From assembly GCA_035534915.1 (NCBI GenBank), contig DATLQZ010000005.1, forward strand, positions 6,123-70,122: a stretch of DNA of 64,000 bases, read 5' to 3'. This document shows, one piece after another, positions 17,760-26,507 of the stretch. The number at the start of each line of letters is the position of its first letter. The first letter of the stretch is position 1. Both the position numbers and the translations under genes were made by a program. Origin of the DNA: Candidatus Dormiibacterota bacterium. GTDB lineage: Bacteria > Chloroflexota > Dormibacteria > Aeolococcales > Bog-877. The notes below the pieces were generated by a model. The model was not told where the DNA came from. It did no database searches and saw only the letters and a program-made list of their open reading frames with translations.

Positions 17760-18975
17760 TGATCCTCACATAGTCGGAGCTAAGGTCACAGCCGAGAGCA
17801 GTCGCCTCAGCCTCCCCCGCCCCCAGGTTGATCTCGATTGCAATTTGAGGCATGGACAGAAGGGGCACCACCCGCGGCACGGCCCCGTCCACTACCTGAC
17901 CGAACGCGAAGAGCTCCTCTCCCTGAATGGAAAGCCGACACCGGTCCAAGGCGAGCTCCGCTCCCGAGCGCCCGACCGCGGCCAGGATCCGCCCCCAATT
18001 GGGGTCACCGCCGTGGATTGCGGTCTTGACCAGAGGTGAGCTGGTCACTGTCCGAGCGGCGAGCAACGCCTGGCTCTCGTCGACAGCTCCGGTCACCCGG
18101 ACCGAGAAAGTTCTGGTCGCGCCCTCGCCGTCGGCGACCACCTGCTGAGCGAGGGAGCCAAGGACGCGATTCAACGCCGCGGCGAACAACTCTGTATCCG
18201 AGCTACCGGGTCGGAGCTCTGGGCCCCCAACCGCACCGTTGGCCATGACCAAGCAGCAGTCGTTGGTGCTGGTGTCCCCATCCACGCTGATCCGGTTGAA
18301 GCTGAGCCCGACGGCCTGGCGCAACAGCTCGGAGAGAAGGCCAGGGCCGATCCGAACGTCGGTGGTCACGAATGCGAGCAGGGTCGCCATCTCCGGATGG
18401 ATCATCCCGGAGCCCTTGGCCATCCCCCCCAGATGATGCTCGACCCCCTCCAACACCAGTGCCTCAGCAGCCTGCTTGGACATTGTGTCAGTGGTCATAA
18501 TCGCCTCCGCCGCCTCGTGGCCGTTGCGCGCGAGCGAGGAGCCCGCAGCCGCGATCGCGGGCAGGATTCGCTCCATGGGCAGGGTGCGCCCGATGACTCC
18601 AGTGGACGCCACCAGCACCTCCCCGGGCGCACAGTCGACGCATTCGGAGGTTGCCTGGGCCATGCGCAGGGCATCGCCGAGGCCCCGTGCGCCCGTGCAG
18701 GCGTTGGCGTTACCGCTGTTCACTACCACCGCCCGAGCCAGCCCTCGCTTCAGGTGCAGCTGGCTGATGACCACCGGCGCCGCTCTGACGATGTTGGAGG
18801 TGAACACTCCCGCGGCGGCGGCGGGTCGATCGCTGACGATGAGCGCCAGATCGGGGCCGTGGGCATGGTCCCCGCGAATGTCGGCGGAAGCGACCCCTAC
18901 CTGGAAGCCGGCGGGGGCGGTGACCCCACCCTGATCGGCTACAGCGGGGCGGACAGCGCCTGCGGTCACGGCCAT
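17740..18975 (-). CDS. argJ: bifunctional ornithine acetyltransferase / N-acetylglutamate synthase
   Basis: ArgJ autoprocessing region [11 protein letters not shown], plus GMIHPEM and [19 protein letters not shown] at 18975 is preferred; the track ORF reaches 19083. Confidence 0.9.
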   Translation of the reverse strand: MAVTAGAVRPAVADQGGVTAPAGFQVGVASADIRGDHAHGPDLALIVSDRPAAAAGVFTSNIVRAAPVVISQLHLKRGLARAVVVNSGNANACTGARGLGDALRMAQATSECVDCAPGEVLVASTGVIGRTLPMERILPAIAAAGSSLARNGHEAAEAIMTTDTMSKQAAEALVLEGVEHHLGGMAKGSGMIHPEMATLLAFVTTDVRIGPGLLSELLRQAVGLSFNRISVDGDTSTNDCCLVMANGAVGGPELRPGSSDTELFAAALNRVLGSLAQQVVADGEGATRTFSVRVTGAVDESQALLAARTVTSSPLVKTAIHGGDPNWGRILAAVGRSGAELALDRCRLSIQGEELFAFGQVVDGAVPRVVPLLSMPQIAIEINLGAGEAEATALGCDLSSDYVRINAAYST

Positions 18976-20003
18976 CTCGGATACAGCTCCAGCCCCGCCG
19001 TTGGGCTGAACCCGAAGCGCTGATTGAGCACCTGGACCGCCTGCGAGGAGGCTCCGCGGCCGAGGTTGTCGATCACCGCGCACACGATGAGATGATCCTC
19101 CTGCCGGTGCAGGCTGAGGTAGCAGAGATTGGTTCCGGAAACCAGCTTGCTGGCGGCTGGCTCTTCGCTAAAGCGGATGAAAGGCTGATCTCCGTACTGG
19201 CGTTGGTATGCCTCCCTCACCACCTGCAACTCCACCCCTGGGCGAAGCTGGAGGTAGCAGGTGGCGACGATCCCCCTGACCATTGGCACCAGATGCGGCA
19301 CGAAGGTAACTTTGCACGGCTCAGCTGCAAGGTCGCTCAGCGCTTGCACCATCTCCGGTTGGTGGCGATGCCCCGAGACACCGTAAGCCCGCGTCGACTC
19401 GCCGACCTCCGAAAGTAGATAGCGGTGGTCCGCCTGTCGACCTGCCCCGCTCACCCCGGTCTTGGCATCGACCAGAACCTCGGAGGTGACCAGATGCTCC
19501 CTGAGGGCTGGCCCGCACGCGAGTATGGCGGCGGTGGAGAAGCAACCCGGGAGGGCCAGCAGCTCTGCGTCCGCAATGGCCTGCGGGGCAAGCTCCGGCG
19601 TGGCGAGGACTGAGCGGGAGAGGAGGTCGGGATTGGGGTGCGCTTCCCCGTACCACTTCAGATACTGGAGAGGATCCCGCAGCCGGAAGTCGGCTGAGAC
19701 GTCGACGACCGTCGCGCCCGCGGACAGCCACTGGGGGGCCGAGCGGGCGGCTTCGCCGGGTGGCAGCGCGCTGACCACGACATCGCACCCTGAGGGATCC
19801 AACTCGGGCACCATGACCAATTCACAATCGGAGCCCGGATAAACCTCCCGGTGGGCGGACCCCGCCTGAGAACGTGAGCTGAGCTGGACCAGGTCCACAT
19901 CCGGATGACGCGAGAGCAGCGCGACGCATCCGGCGCCGGCATAGCCGGTGGACCCCGCCACGGCGACCCTGATCGGCGATCCTTTCCCGAACGTCTCAGT
20001 CAC
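18966..20003 (-). CDS. argC: N-acetyl-gamma-glutamyl-phosphate reductase
   Basis: 345-aa ORF. VAVAGSTGYAG Rossmann motif, active-site GCFSTA, C-terminal DNLGRGASSQAVQ. Confidence 0.95.
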   Translation of the reverse strand: MTETFGKGSPIRVAVAGSTGYAGAGCVALLSRHPDVDLVQLSSRSQAGSAHREVYPGSDCELVMVPELDPSGCDVVVSALPPGEAARSAPQWLSAGATVVDVSADFRLRDPLQYLKWYGEAHPNPDLLSRSVLATPELAPQAIADAELLALPGCFSTAAILACGPALREHLVTSEVLVDAKTGVSGAGRQADHRYLLSEVGESTRAYGVSGHRHQPEMVQALSDLAAEPCKVTFVPHLVPMVRGIVATCYLQLRPGVELQVVREAYQRQYGDQPFIRFSEEPAASKLVSGTNLCYLSLHRQEDHLIVCAVIDNLGRGASSQAVQVLNQRFGFSPTAGLELYPRWP

Positions 20004-20028
20004 ATGAGAATGATTGCATGTTTATGCG
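20004..20028. promoter_or_regulatory. putative ARG-box operator(s) at the head of the arg operon
   Basis: An AT-rich island in GC-rich DNA abuts the argC start. ATGAGAATGATTGCATGTTTATGCG contains TGAGAAT..ATTGCA and TGCAT-N4-ATGCG half-palindromes resembling ArgR/AhrC boxes. Confidence 0.4.
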
Positions 20029-20078
20029 TCCTCGTGCATCAAGAGCGGTCCGGACCGCAGGGGTCCCATACTGCATCC

Positions 20079-20930
20079 GTGCTCAGGCGGGTAGCGGACC
20101 GCCATCCCCGAGTGCGCCAGCTCTGGGCGGCTGACGCAGATGCGGTTGAAGTTTGCCTGGAGCAAAGCCCGCAGGACAACGTCTATGTTCGCAGCGAGAT
20201 CCGCCACGGGGCGCTGCGCCAGGGCAGCCTGGTAGGAGTGGAGCACCCGGGAGAGCGCGGACTGCATGGGGTGGTGATGCTGGGGCCGCTGGTCGTCCCC
20301 TGGGCGCCCGCCAGCCGAGACCTAGTGGCGCTGGCCCAAGAGATGCGCCCGGCAGCACACCGGATCCAGCTGCTGGTCGGTCCCAGAGACCAGGTGGCGG
20401 CACTTCAGGAGCTGCTGGCCCCCCAACTTCGCCACCCGCGCCTGGTGCGGGCCGAGCAACCGCACTACGCGGTCGATTCGCGAAGCCTGCTGTCCGCTGA
20501 CTCGGAAGCCCCGATCCGCCAGGCCACCATTGCCGACTTCGAGCAGGTCGTCGAGGCGGGAGCGGCGATGCACCTCGAGGAGGTCGGGTTCGACCCATTG
20601 AGCTCCGATCCAGTGGGGTTCCGGCAACGCGTCCTGACTCTCATCAGGCGCGGCTGGGTGCGCATCTGGGTGATCGATGGACAGCTGGTGTTCAAGGCGG
20701 AATGCGCGGCGGTGACTCCCGAGGCGGTCCAGCTGCAAGGGGTGTGGACGCGCCCGGACCGGCGGGGCCGGGGGCTCGCCACAGCGGGAATGGCGACGGT
20801 CTGCAGACAGCTATTGGGAGAGACTCAGTCGGTCACCCTGTTCGTCAACGACTTCAATCTGGGGGCCGTCCGAGTCTACGAGCGGGTCGGCTTCGAACGC
20901 ATTGGCACGATGCGCTCGGTGTTGTTCTAA
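20079..20930 (+). CDS. GNAT family N-acetyltransferase (with N-terminal accessory domain)
   Basis: C-terminal GNAT core QLQGVWTRPDRRGRGLATAGMATV...VYERVGFERIG. Start is uncertain: GTG 20079 was chosen and the track ORF starts inside argC at 19905. Confidence 0.75.
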   Translation: MLRRVADRHPRVRQLWAADADAVEVCLEQSPQDNVYVRSEIRHGALRQGSLVGVEHPGERGLHGVVMLGPLVVPWAPASRDLVALAQEMRPAAHRIQLLVGPRDQVAALQELLAPQLRHPRLVRAEQPHYAVDSRSLLSADSEAPIRQATIADFEQVVEAGAAMHLEEVGFDPLSSDPVGFRQRVLTLIRRGWVRIWVIDGQLVFKAECAAVTPEAVQLQGVWTRPDRRGRGLATAGMATVCRQLLGETQSVTLFVNDFNLGAVRVYERVGFERIGTMRSVLF

Positions 20931-20949
20931 GGAGCCGGCCGGCCCCCCG

Positions 20950-21921
20950 CTACCCTTCGCCGCCGGCCGCCAGCTGCTCCGCGCGCCGCCGCGAGAGCCG
21001 TGGCCCGCTCACCATGAGGATGACGCCGACGGTGATAAGAGCGGCCGCCAGTGCACTGGTGGGGGTCAAGCCCTGGTGAAGAATCAGGAATCCCAAGACC
21101 AAGGCAACCACGGGGTTCACATAGGCATAGGTGGCGACCGTGGTCGTCGGCAGCACCTTGAGGGCGTAGGCGTAGCAGGTGAAGCCGAGGATGGAGCCGC
21201 CGAGCACCAGCCAGATGTATCCGAGCAGCGGTGCCCCGACGATGTGTGTCCAGCCAATTCCACCTGCCTCTCCGGTCGCCAACCCAACGACTATCAGCCC
21301 CACTCCGCCGAAGATCATCTCCAGCGCCGAGGCCAGGAAGACGCTCTGCGGCATCGGCGCGCGGCGGGAGTAGAGCGACCCGAACGCCCAGAAGAGGGCG
21401 GACGACAGGAGAGCCAGGGTGGAGATGGGAGCCAGGTGACCACCGGAGCCGGGAGCTGCCAGCACCCCGACCCCGCCGAGCCCGACTAGGACCCCGAGCC
21501 AGCCGAGCCGCCCGGGGGACGGCTGCTTCCACAGGGCGAGCCCGAGCAGTGCCATCCAGAGCGGGACCGTAGCGATGATAAGAGCAGCCAGCCCTGACGG
21601 CACTCTGAGCTCGGCCCAGCTGACCAGACCGTTCGCCCCGAGGAGGAGAAGGAGTCCCACGATCGCGGAGCTTCGAACCTCCCGGCGCGGAGGGAGCCGC
21701 CAATGCCAACTGCCGGCGCGCCCAACTACCAGATAGAGCAGCACGCCCGCCAAGAGGTATCTGGTGCCCGCCATCATGAATGGGGGGATTGCTCTGACGG
21801 CCACCTGGATACCCGTGAAGGTCGAGCCCCACACGAAGTAAACAACCCCCAGGGCTATCCAAGCGCGCAGAACTCGGCTCTCCTTGGTCTTCGAACGCGC
21901 GCTATCGAAGTTCACCGACAA
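20950..21921 (-). CDS. EamA/DMT family transporter
   Basis: 323-aa ORF with about 10 TM segments in two EamA-like halves (VWGSTFTGIQVAV...). Confidence 0.85.
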   Translation of the reverse strand: MSVNFDSARSKTKESRVLRAWIALGVVYFVWGSTFTGIQVAVRAIPPFMMAGTRYLLAGVLLYLVVGRAGSWHWRLPPRREVRSSAIVGLLLLLGANGLVSWAELRVPSGLAALIIATVPLWMALLGLALWKQPSPGRLGWLGVLVGLGGVGVLAAPGSGGHLAPISTLALLSSALFWAFGSLYSRRAPMPQSVFLASALEMIFGGVGLIVVGLATGEAGGIGWTHIVGAPLLGYIWLVLGGSILGFTCYAYALKVLPTTTVATYAYVNPVVALVLGFLILHQGLTPTSALAAALITVGVILMVSGPRLSRRRAEQLAAGGEG

Positions 21922-21993
21922 CCCTTGTATTGGCTTAAGAATTCGGGACTAGTCTAGCTAGACAGCCAGTTAAACTTCGGTCACACTGCAAAC

Positions 21994-22497
21994 ATGGACG
22001 ACATCGACCGCAAGCTAATGGCCGCCCTGGTGGGCGGTGGCCGGGCGACTTTGGCGGCCCTTGGCGAGACGGTCGGCTTGACCGCGCCGGCAGTTCACGA
22101 GCGCATGCACAAGCTTGAGGCGAGCGGTGCCATCCGCGGCTACTCCGCCCTGGTGGACCCTGACGGGATGGGGTCGGGGACTGCCGCTCTGGTCTTCCTT
22201 CGACTCGACGGCGACCGCGTGGCCAGGGAGGGACTGGAGGCACATCTGGCGAGCGATCCCTGCGTCTTGGAGCTTCACGAGGTGGCCGGCGAGGATTGTT
22301 ACGTCGCCAAAGTCCGGGTAGACTCCCCCCAACGGCTGGCGGAGTTCCTAGGCGAGCTCCGAGACTTTCACCACGGGCTTACGAGCCGCTCGTCGGTCGT
22401 GCTGCGTTCATGCTTTGAGCGCCCGCTATTGTGGCCGACGGACCGCCCAGCCCCGGTGCGCAGTCCGACTGCCGGCCGTTCCCGAGCAGGTCAGTAG
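21994..22497 (+). CDS. Lrp/AsnC family transcriptional regulator
   Basis: MDDIDRKLMAAL...LAALGETVGLTAPAVHERMHKLEASGAIRGY HTH plus a RAM-like C-terminal domain. Divergent from the EamA gene. Confidence 0.9.
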   Translation: MDDIDRKLMAALVGGGRATLAALGETVGLTAPAVHERMHKLEASGAIRGYSALVDPDGMGSGTAALVFLRLDGDRVAREGLEAHLASDPCVLELHEVAGEDCYVAKVRVDSPQRLAEFLGELRDFHHGLTSRSSVVLRSCFERPLLWPTDRPAPVRSPTAGRSRAGQ

Positions 22498-23366
22498 TCG
22501 TCGTCCTCATCGTCTGAGTCGGCGTCCGGGGCGGCCTGATCCTCGCCATCATCATCGCCAAGCTCCCCGAACTCCCCGAAGCCTTCCTCCTCCATGGCAG
22601 CCGAGGCTCTCGTGGGCCGCTGGGTGCTGACCTCCTCGTCGTCGTCGTCCGATATGACAACTGGCTCTTCGTCGTGAACCAACAACGTCTCCTTGGCGTA
22701 CGGTCGGTACTCGGCTTCCCGGCCCTTTCGGATCGGGAAGGAGACCGATCCGGCGAGCGCAGGGGCCTGGTAAACCTCCCGCAACAGCACCTGCACGGCG
22801 GCGCCGTCGACGTGAGTCACCGCCCCGGCATAGCGGTTGCCCCCGTCCACCAGCCGACGCAGCCGCTGGGCCAACCTGGGCTCCAGAGTCCCGATGTCGG
22901 TCCCCCGGGAACTCCGCACGCCCACCTGGCCAGGAGCGACGACCAATTCGACGGGATCCCCGGGCAGCACCCCGGACGCCGCCCCATCCCCATCACCGAC
23001 TATGCGGGCCAGGGTCGTCTTCCCGGGCTCCTCGGTGAAGAACTTGATGTCCAGCGCCGCTTGCGGGCTGGGAGAGGCCGCCTTGCCGAGGTCGTGCTCC
23101 TGCAACTTCGAAAGCTGCCGACGCGCAATCTGATTGGTCGGGTCGAGCGCGATGGTCTGCCGATATGCCTCCAGCGCGTCCTCGATCTGGCCGAGTTCCA
23201 TGAGCGCCTTGCCGAGGCGGTTCTGAGCGTCCTCATCTGGACCGAAGCGCTCCAGCAGCTCTCGATTGAGCGCCGCAGCATCCGCCCAGCGAAAGGCCAG
23301 GGCGAGCTGAATCGCATCCTCTACCGCCTGAACCTTGGGCTTCTGGTGATCACTGACATCCGCCAC
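22491..23366 (-). CDS. TPR-repeat protein with central beta-rich domain and poly-acidic C-terminus
   Basis: 291-aa ORF. N-terminal TPR-like helices (NRLGKALMELGQIEDALEAYRQTIALDPTN), an unassigned middle domain, and a tail DDDGEDQAAPDADSDDEDDDY. Confidence 0.7.
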   Translation of the reverse strand: MADVSDHQKPKVQAVEDAIQLALAFRWADAAALNRELLERFGPDEDAQNRLGKALMELGQIEDALEAYRQTIALDPTNQIARRQLSKLQEHDLGKAASPSPQAALDIKFFTEEPGKTTLARIVGDGDGAASGVLPGDPVELVVAPGQVGVRSSRGTDIGTLEPRLAQRLRRLVDGGNRYAGAVTHVDGAAVQVLLREVYQAPALAGSVSFPIRKGREAEYRPYAKETLLVHDEEPVVISDDDDEEVSTQRPTRASAAMEEEGFGEFGELGDDDGEDQAAPDADSDDEDDDY

Positions 23367-23572
23367 CGGTACGGGCCTCCTCCTCTTACACCATCTGGAT
23401 GGTCGCCCGCCCGGACGAGCAAGGCGGCCTGCGACCGACTAGGACCGGTGGGGATGTCCCGAATTCGGAGCCCCACTCCCCTACTCGATCGCAAGCCGCC
23501 ATATGATAGCGGCAGGGCGCCACAAAGCCGGTCGCTGGAGTGACCTGGTGCCCGCTCCAAGGCAGGAACAAC

Positions 23573-24364
23573 ATGTCCTCCAATCACACCAAGCCCGAGG
23601 TCCAGGTCTTTGCCGTCGCCAACCAGAAGGGCGGCGTCGGCAAGACGACCACAGCTGTCAATCTCGGCAGCGCGCTGGCGGAACGCGGCTGCCGTGTGCT
23701 GTGCGTCGACCTCGACCCCCAGGGTCACCTGACGGTGAACATGGGAGTCGCCAAGCCGGATGACCTCCGCCTGACCGTCTACGACATGCTCTGCGAACAC
23801 AACGTCGGGGCGCAGGACGTGAGACTGCACTCTCCGGGGGTCGGGGTGGACTTCCTGCCCGCCAATGTGGAACTGGCTGGCGCGGAGTTGCAACTGGTCA
23901 CCGAGATCGGCCGGGAGTCGGTGCTCAGGGAGAAGCTCCATCCGATCATGGGGGAATACGACTTCATAATCATCGACTGCCCTCCCTCTCTGGGGCTGCT
24001 ATCCATCAACGCTCTGGTGGTGGCGACCGCGGTGGTGATCCCCCTGCAGTGCGAGTACTTTGGCATGAAGGGGATGGAGCAGCTGCAGCGGACGATCGAG
24101 CGGGTGCGGGTGAAGCTCAACCCGCAACTTCGCATCCACGGCATCCTACCCACCATCCACAAGGGCCGGACGGTTCACGCCAACGAGGTCCTCAATGAGG
24201 TGCAGTCGCATTTCGGCAATCTCGTCTACCCCTTCCAAGTGGGCGACAGCATTCGCTTTGCGGAGTGCCCGCTGGCCGGCCAGTCCATCCTGCAGTACGC
24301 GAAAGACTCCGACGGCGCGGCCGCTTACCGCAATCTGGCCGCCCACATCCTGGCGGCCGGATAG
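23573..24364 (+). CDS. ParA/Soj-type P-loop ATPase
   Basis: Deviant Walker A NQKGGVGKTTTAVNLG plus VDLDPQG and IIIDCPPSLG. ATG at 23573 is preceded by AAGGCAGGA. Confidence 0.9.
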   Translation: MSSNHTKPEVQVFAVANQKGGVGKTTTAVNLGSALAERGCRVLCVDLDPQGHLTVNMGVAKPDDLRLTVYDMLCEHNVGAQDVRLHSPGVGVDFLPANVELAGAELQLVTEIGRESVLREKLHPIMGEYDFIIIDCPPSLGLLSINALVVATAVVIPLQCEYFGMKGMEQLQRTIERVRVKLNPQLRIHGILPTIHKGRTVHANEVLNEVQSHFGNLVYPFQVGDSIRFAECPLAGQSILQYAKDSDGAAAYRNLAAHILAAG

Positions 24365-24373
24365 GAGGGTGTG

Positions 24374-24715
24374 ATGGCCTTTAAGCGCGCGAGTCTGAGC
24401 GGTTCAGCCCAACTCTTCCAGCCGACCAAGGTGCCTCCGCGGGAGACCGAAGGTGGAGAGGGAGAGCCAGCCGAGATGCTACCCGCGCGGCGCGAGTTCG
24501 AGCCTCTTCTGGTGACCGAGCCGATCCCGCAGCTATCCGCTCAGGGCCATCTCTACCGGCTTACCGAAGAGGAGGTGGAGACCCTGCTGGCCGCGCTCCA
24601 GCACGCCAAGTTCCCGCATTCCTACCAGCGTCTGCCCAAACCGCCGCTGGAGGAGTTCGAACAGTTAGAGGCGCTCCGCCAGAAGCTGGTCGACCAACGT
24701 CAGGAGCGCAGCTGA
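24374..24715 (+). CDS. hypothetical protein, putative ParA partner
   Basis: 113-aa ORF 10 nt after parA, with a GGAGGG SD 4 nt upstream. N-terminal half looks disordered and the C-terminal half helical (YRLTEEEVETLLAALQHAKF...LEALRQKLVDQRQ). No ParB motifs. Confidence 0.6.
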   Translation: MAFKRASLSGSAQLFQPTKVPPRETEGGEGEPAEMLPARREFEPLLVTEPIPQLSAQGHLYRLTEEEVETLLAALQHAKFPHSYQRLPKPPLEEFEQLEALRQKLVDQRQERS

Positions 24716-24738
24716 ACTCCGCTGCCCCCCGGCCCCGA

Positions 24739-25326
24739 CTGCAGATCTCCCGGGTCAAGGTCGAGGGCACGCAGCCCACCAACTGCTACATCGTAGCTTG
24801 CGCCCGGACCCATGAGGCAGTGGTGATAGATCCGGGTTCAGACTCTCCCAAGATCGTGGAGCAGTGCCAGGGGTTGAAAGTGCGACACATCGTCTGCACC
24901 CACGGGCACCGTAACCACGCCAACTGCAAGGACGAGGTGAAGATTGCGCTGGGGGGCGAGACCGCCATGAGCCTGTTGGACGCCAAGGCCTACCTGCGTT
25001 CGGCCGATCGCTACCTGATGGATGGCGACAGCCTGGACTTTGGGGACTTCGCGATGGAGGTAATATTCACACCGGGTCACAGCCCCGGTAGCCTCTGTTT
25101 GAAGGTCGGGAACCATCTGTTCACCGGAGACACCCTGCGGGCGGGCGACATCGGTCCGACCGACCTGCCGGACATCGACCTCCCGCGACAGCTGATGGCG
25201 GTCCTCTCTAAGCTGCTGTCGCTGCCGGAGAACACCGTCATTTATCCCGGTCACGGCGCCACCACGACGGTGGGACAGGAGCGCCGCCAGAACGTCGCAG
25301 TCGAGATGTTGCGCCGGGCGGGATAG
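24739..25326 (+). CDS. MBL-fold metallo-hydrolase (glyoxalase II-like)
   Basis: NCYIVA...AVVIDPG...HIVCTHGHRNH...TPGHSPGS...GHG motifs. The conserved N-terminus lies upstream of the first canonical start (GTG 24820), so CTG 24739 is proposed. Confidence 0.8.
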   Translation: MQISRVKVEGTQPTNCYIVACARTHEAVVIDPGSDSPKIVEQCQGLKVRHIVCTHGHRNHANCKDEVKIALGGETAMSLLDAKAYLRSADRYLMDGDSLDFGDFAMEVIFTPGHSPGSLCLKVGNHLFTGDTLRAGDIGPTDLPDIDLPRQLMAVLSKLLSLPENTVIYPGHGATTTVGQERRQNVAVEMLRRAG

Positions 25327-25368
25327 CCGGAATAGGCGACCATCAACCGGAGTTCCTACACTAGCCCG

Positions 25369-25665
25369 GTGGTGATCGGCAGTCTGGTGCTAACTCTGCA
25401 CATACCCCAGAGCCGGTCACTGAAGGCCAAAAGACAGGTGGTGAGTTCGCTGACCGCCAGGATGCGGCGCACGTTCAACATCGCAGTGGCGGAGGTCGAC
25501 AAGTTGGATAGTTGGCAGTTGGCCGTGATCGGAGTGACCTGCGTCAGCAATGACCGGAGGCACGCCGACCAGATGCTGGGCAAGGTAGTGAGCTGGGTCG
25601 CCGAGGATGGCGGTGGCGGAGAGGCGCTCTTGACCGGCACGCAGATCGAGCTGATCAGCTTATGA
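25369..25665 (+). CDS. DUF503 (YlxP-like) protein
   Basis: 98-aa ORF. LTLHIPQSRSLKAKRQVVSSL..R...FNIAVAEVDKLDSWQ matches the DUF503 pattern from memory. Confidence 0.75.
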   Translation: MVIGSLVLTLHIPQSRSLKAKRQVVSSLTARMRRTFNIAVAEVDKLDSWQLAVIGVTCVSNDRRHADQMLGKVVSWVAEDGGGGEALLTGTQIELISL

Positions 25666-26507
25666 GTCCTCTGGTAGCCGTAATCAAGATCGGCATCGAC
25701 CCGGTGTTCAATCTCGGGCCGCTCACCATCCACTGGTACGGGGTGGGGTACGCGGTGGCGATCCTGGTGGGGTTGCAGGTGGCGTTGCCCTACGCCGAGC
25801 GTCACGGGATCCCCAGAAGCAAGACCAGCTGGATCGCATTCTGGGCCGTGATCGCAGGCCTCATCGGCGGTCGTCTCTTTTACGACCTGCAGTCCGGCGC
25901 CCTCTACTACCTGACCCACCCCGGACAGATCTTCGCATTCTGGAACGGGGGAATGGCCTTCTTCGGCGCCATCTTCCTCACCTCCGGGACGATGCTGTTC
26001 CTGGCGTGGAGAGAGAAGGTCAACTTCTGGATCCTTCTGGACGCCTCCGCCTTCTTCGCTGCGGTGGGACAGCCCATCGGCCGCATCGGCAACGTCATCA
26101 ATGGCGACATCCTGGGGTACCCCTCAAACCTGCCCTGGGCGACCGAGTACACCAACCCTCACAGCTTCGCTCCCCGCCTCGACGTTGCCTACCAGCCGGC
26201 GGCGGCTTACGAGGCGGTCCTGATCCTTATGGTGCTCGGGCTGCTGATCTACCTCAGACGACGAAACGTGCCCGACGGCTGGGTGGGGATCACCTACATA
26301 ATCGTCTACCCCATAACCCAGATTGGGCTCTTCTTCCTGCGCAACCCGGTCAACGTCCCGGTCATCGCCTTCGGCCTCAAGCAAGCTCAGCTCACCTCCA
26401 TCGGAGTCCTCGTGATCGGAGGCCCACTGCTGATACTGGCGTGGTTCAAGACGAACTCGAACAGTCAGAGAGCTCAGGATCAGGTAGCCGAATCACCGTC
26501 GGCGTGA
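25662..26507 (+). CDS. lgt: prolipoprotein diacylglyceryl transferase
   Basis: IHWYGVGYAVAI, GGRLFY, WNGGMAFFGAI and GRIGNVINGD are Lgt motifs. Confidence 0.9.
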   Translation: MSPLVAVIKIGIDPVFNLGPLTIHWYGVGYAVAILVGLQVALPYAERHGIPRSKTSWIAFWAVIAGLIGGRLFYDLQSGALYYLTHPGQIFAFWNGGMAFFGAIFLTSGTMLFLAWREKVNFWILLDASAFFAAVGQPIGRIGNVINGDILGYPSNLPWATEYTNPHSFAPRLDVAYQPAAAYEAVLILMVLGLLIYLRRRNVPDGWVGITYIIVYPITQIGLFFLRNPVNVPVIAFGLKQAQLTSIGVLVIGGPLLILAWFKTNSNSQRAQDQVAESPSA

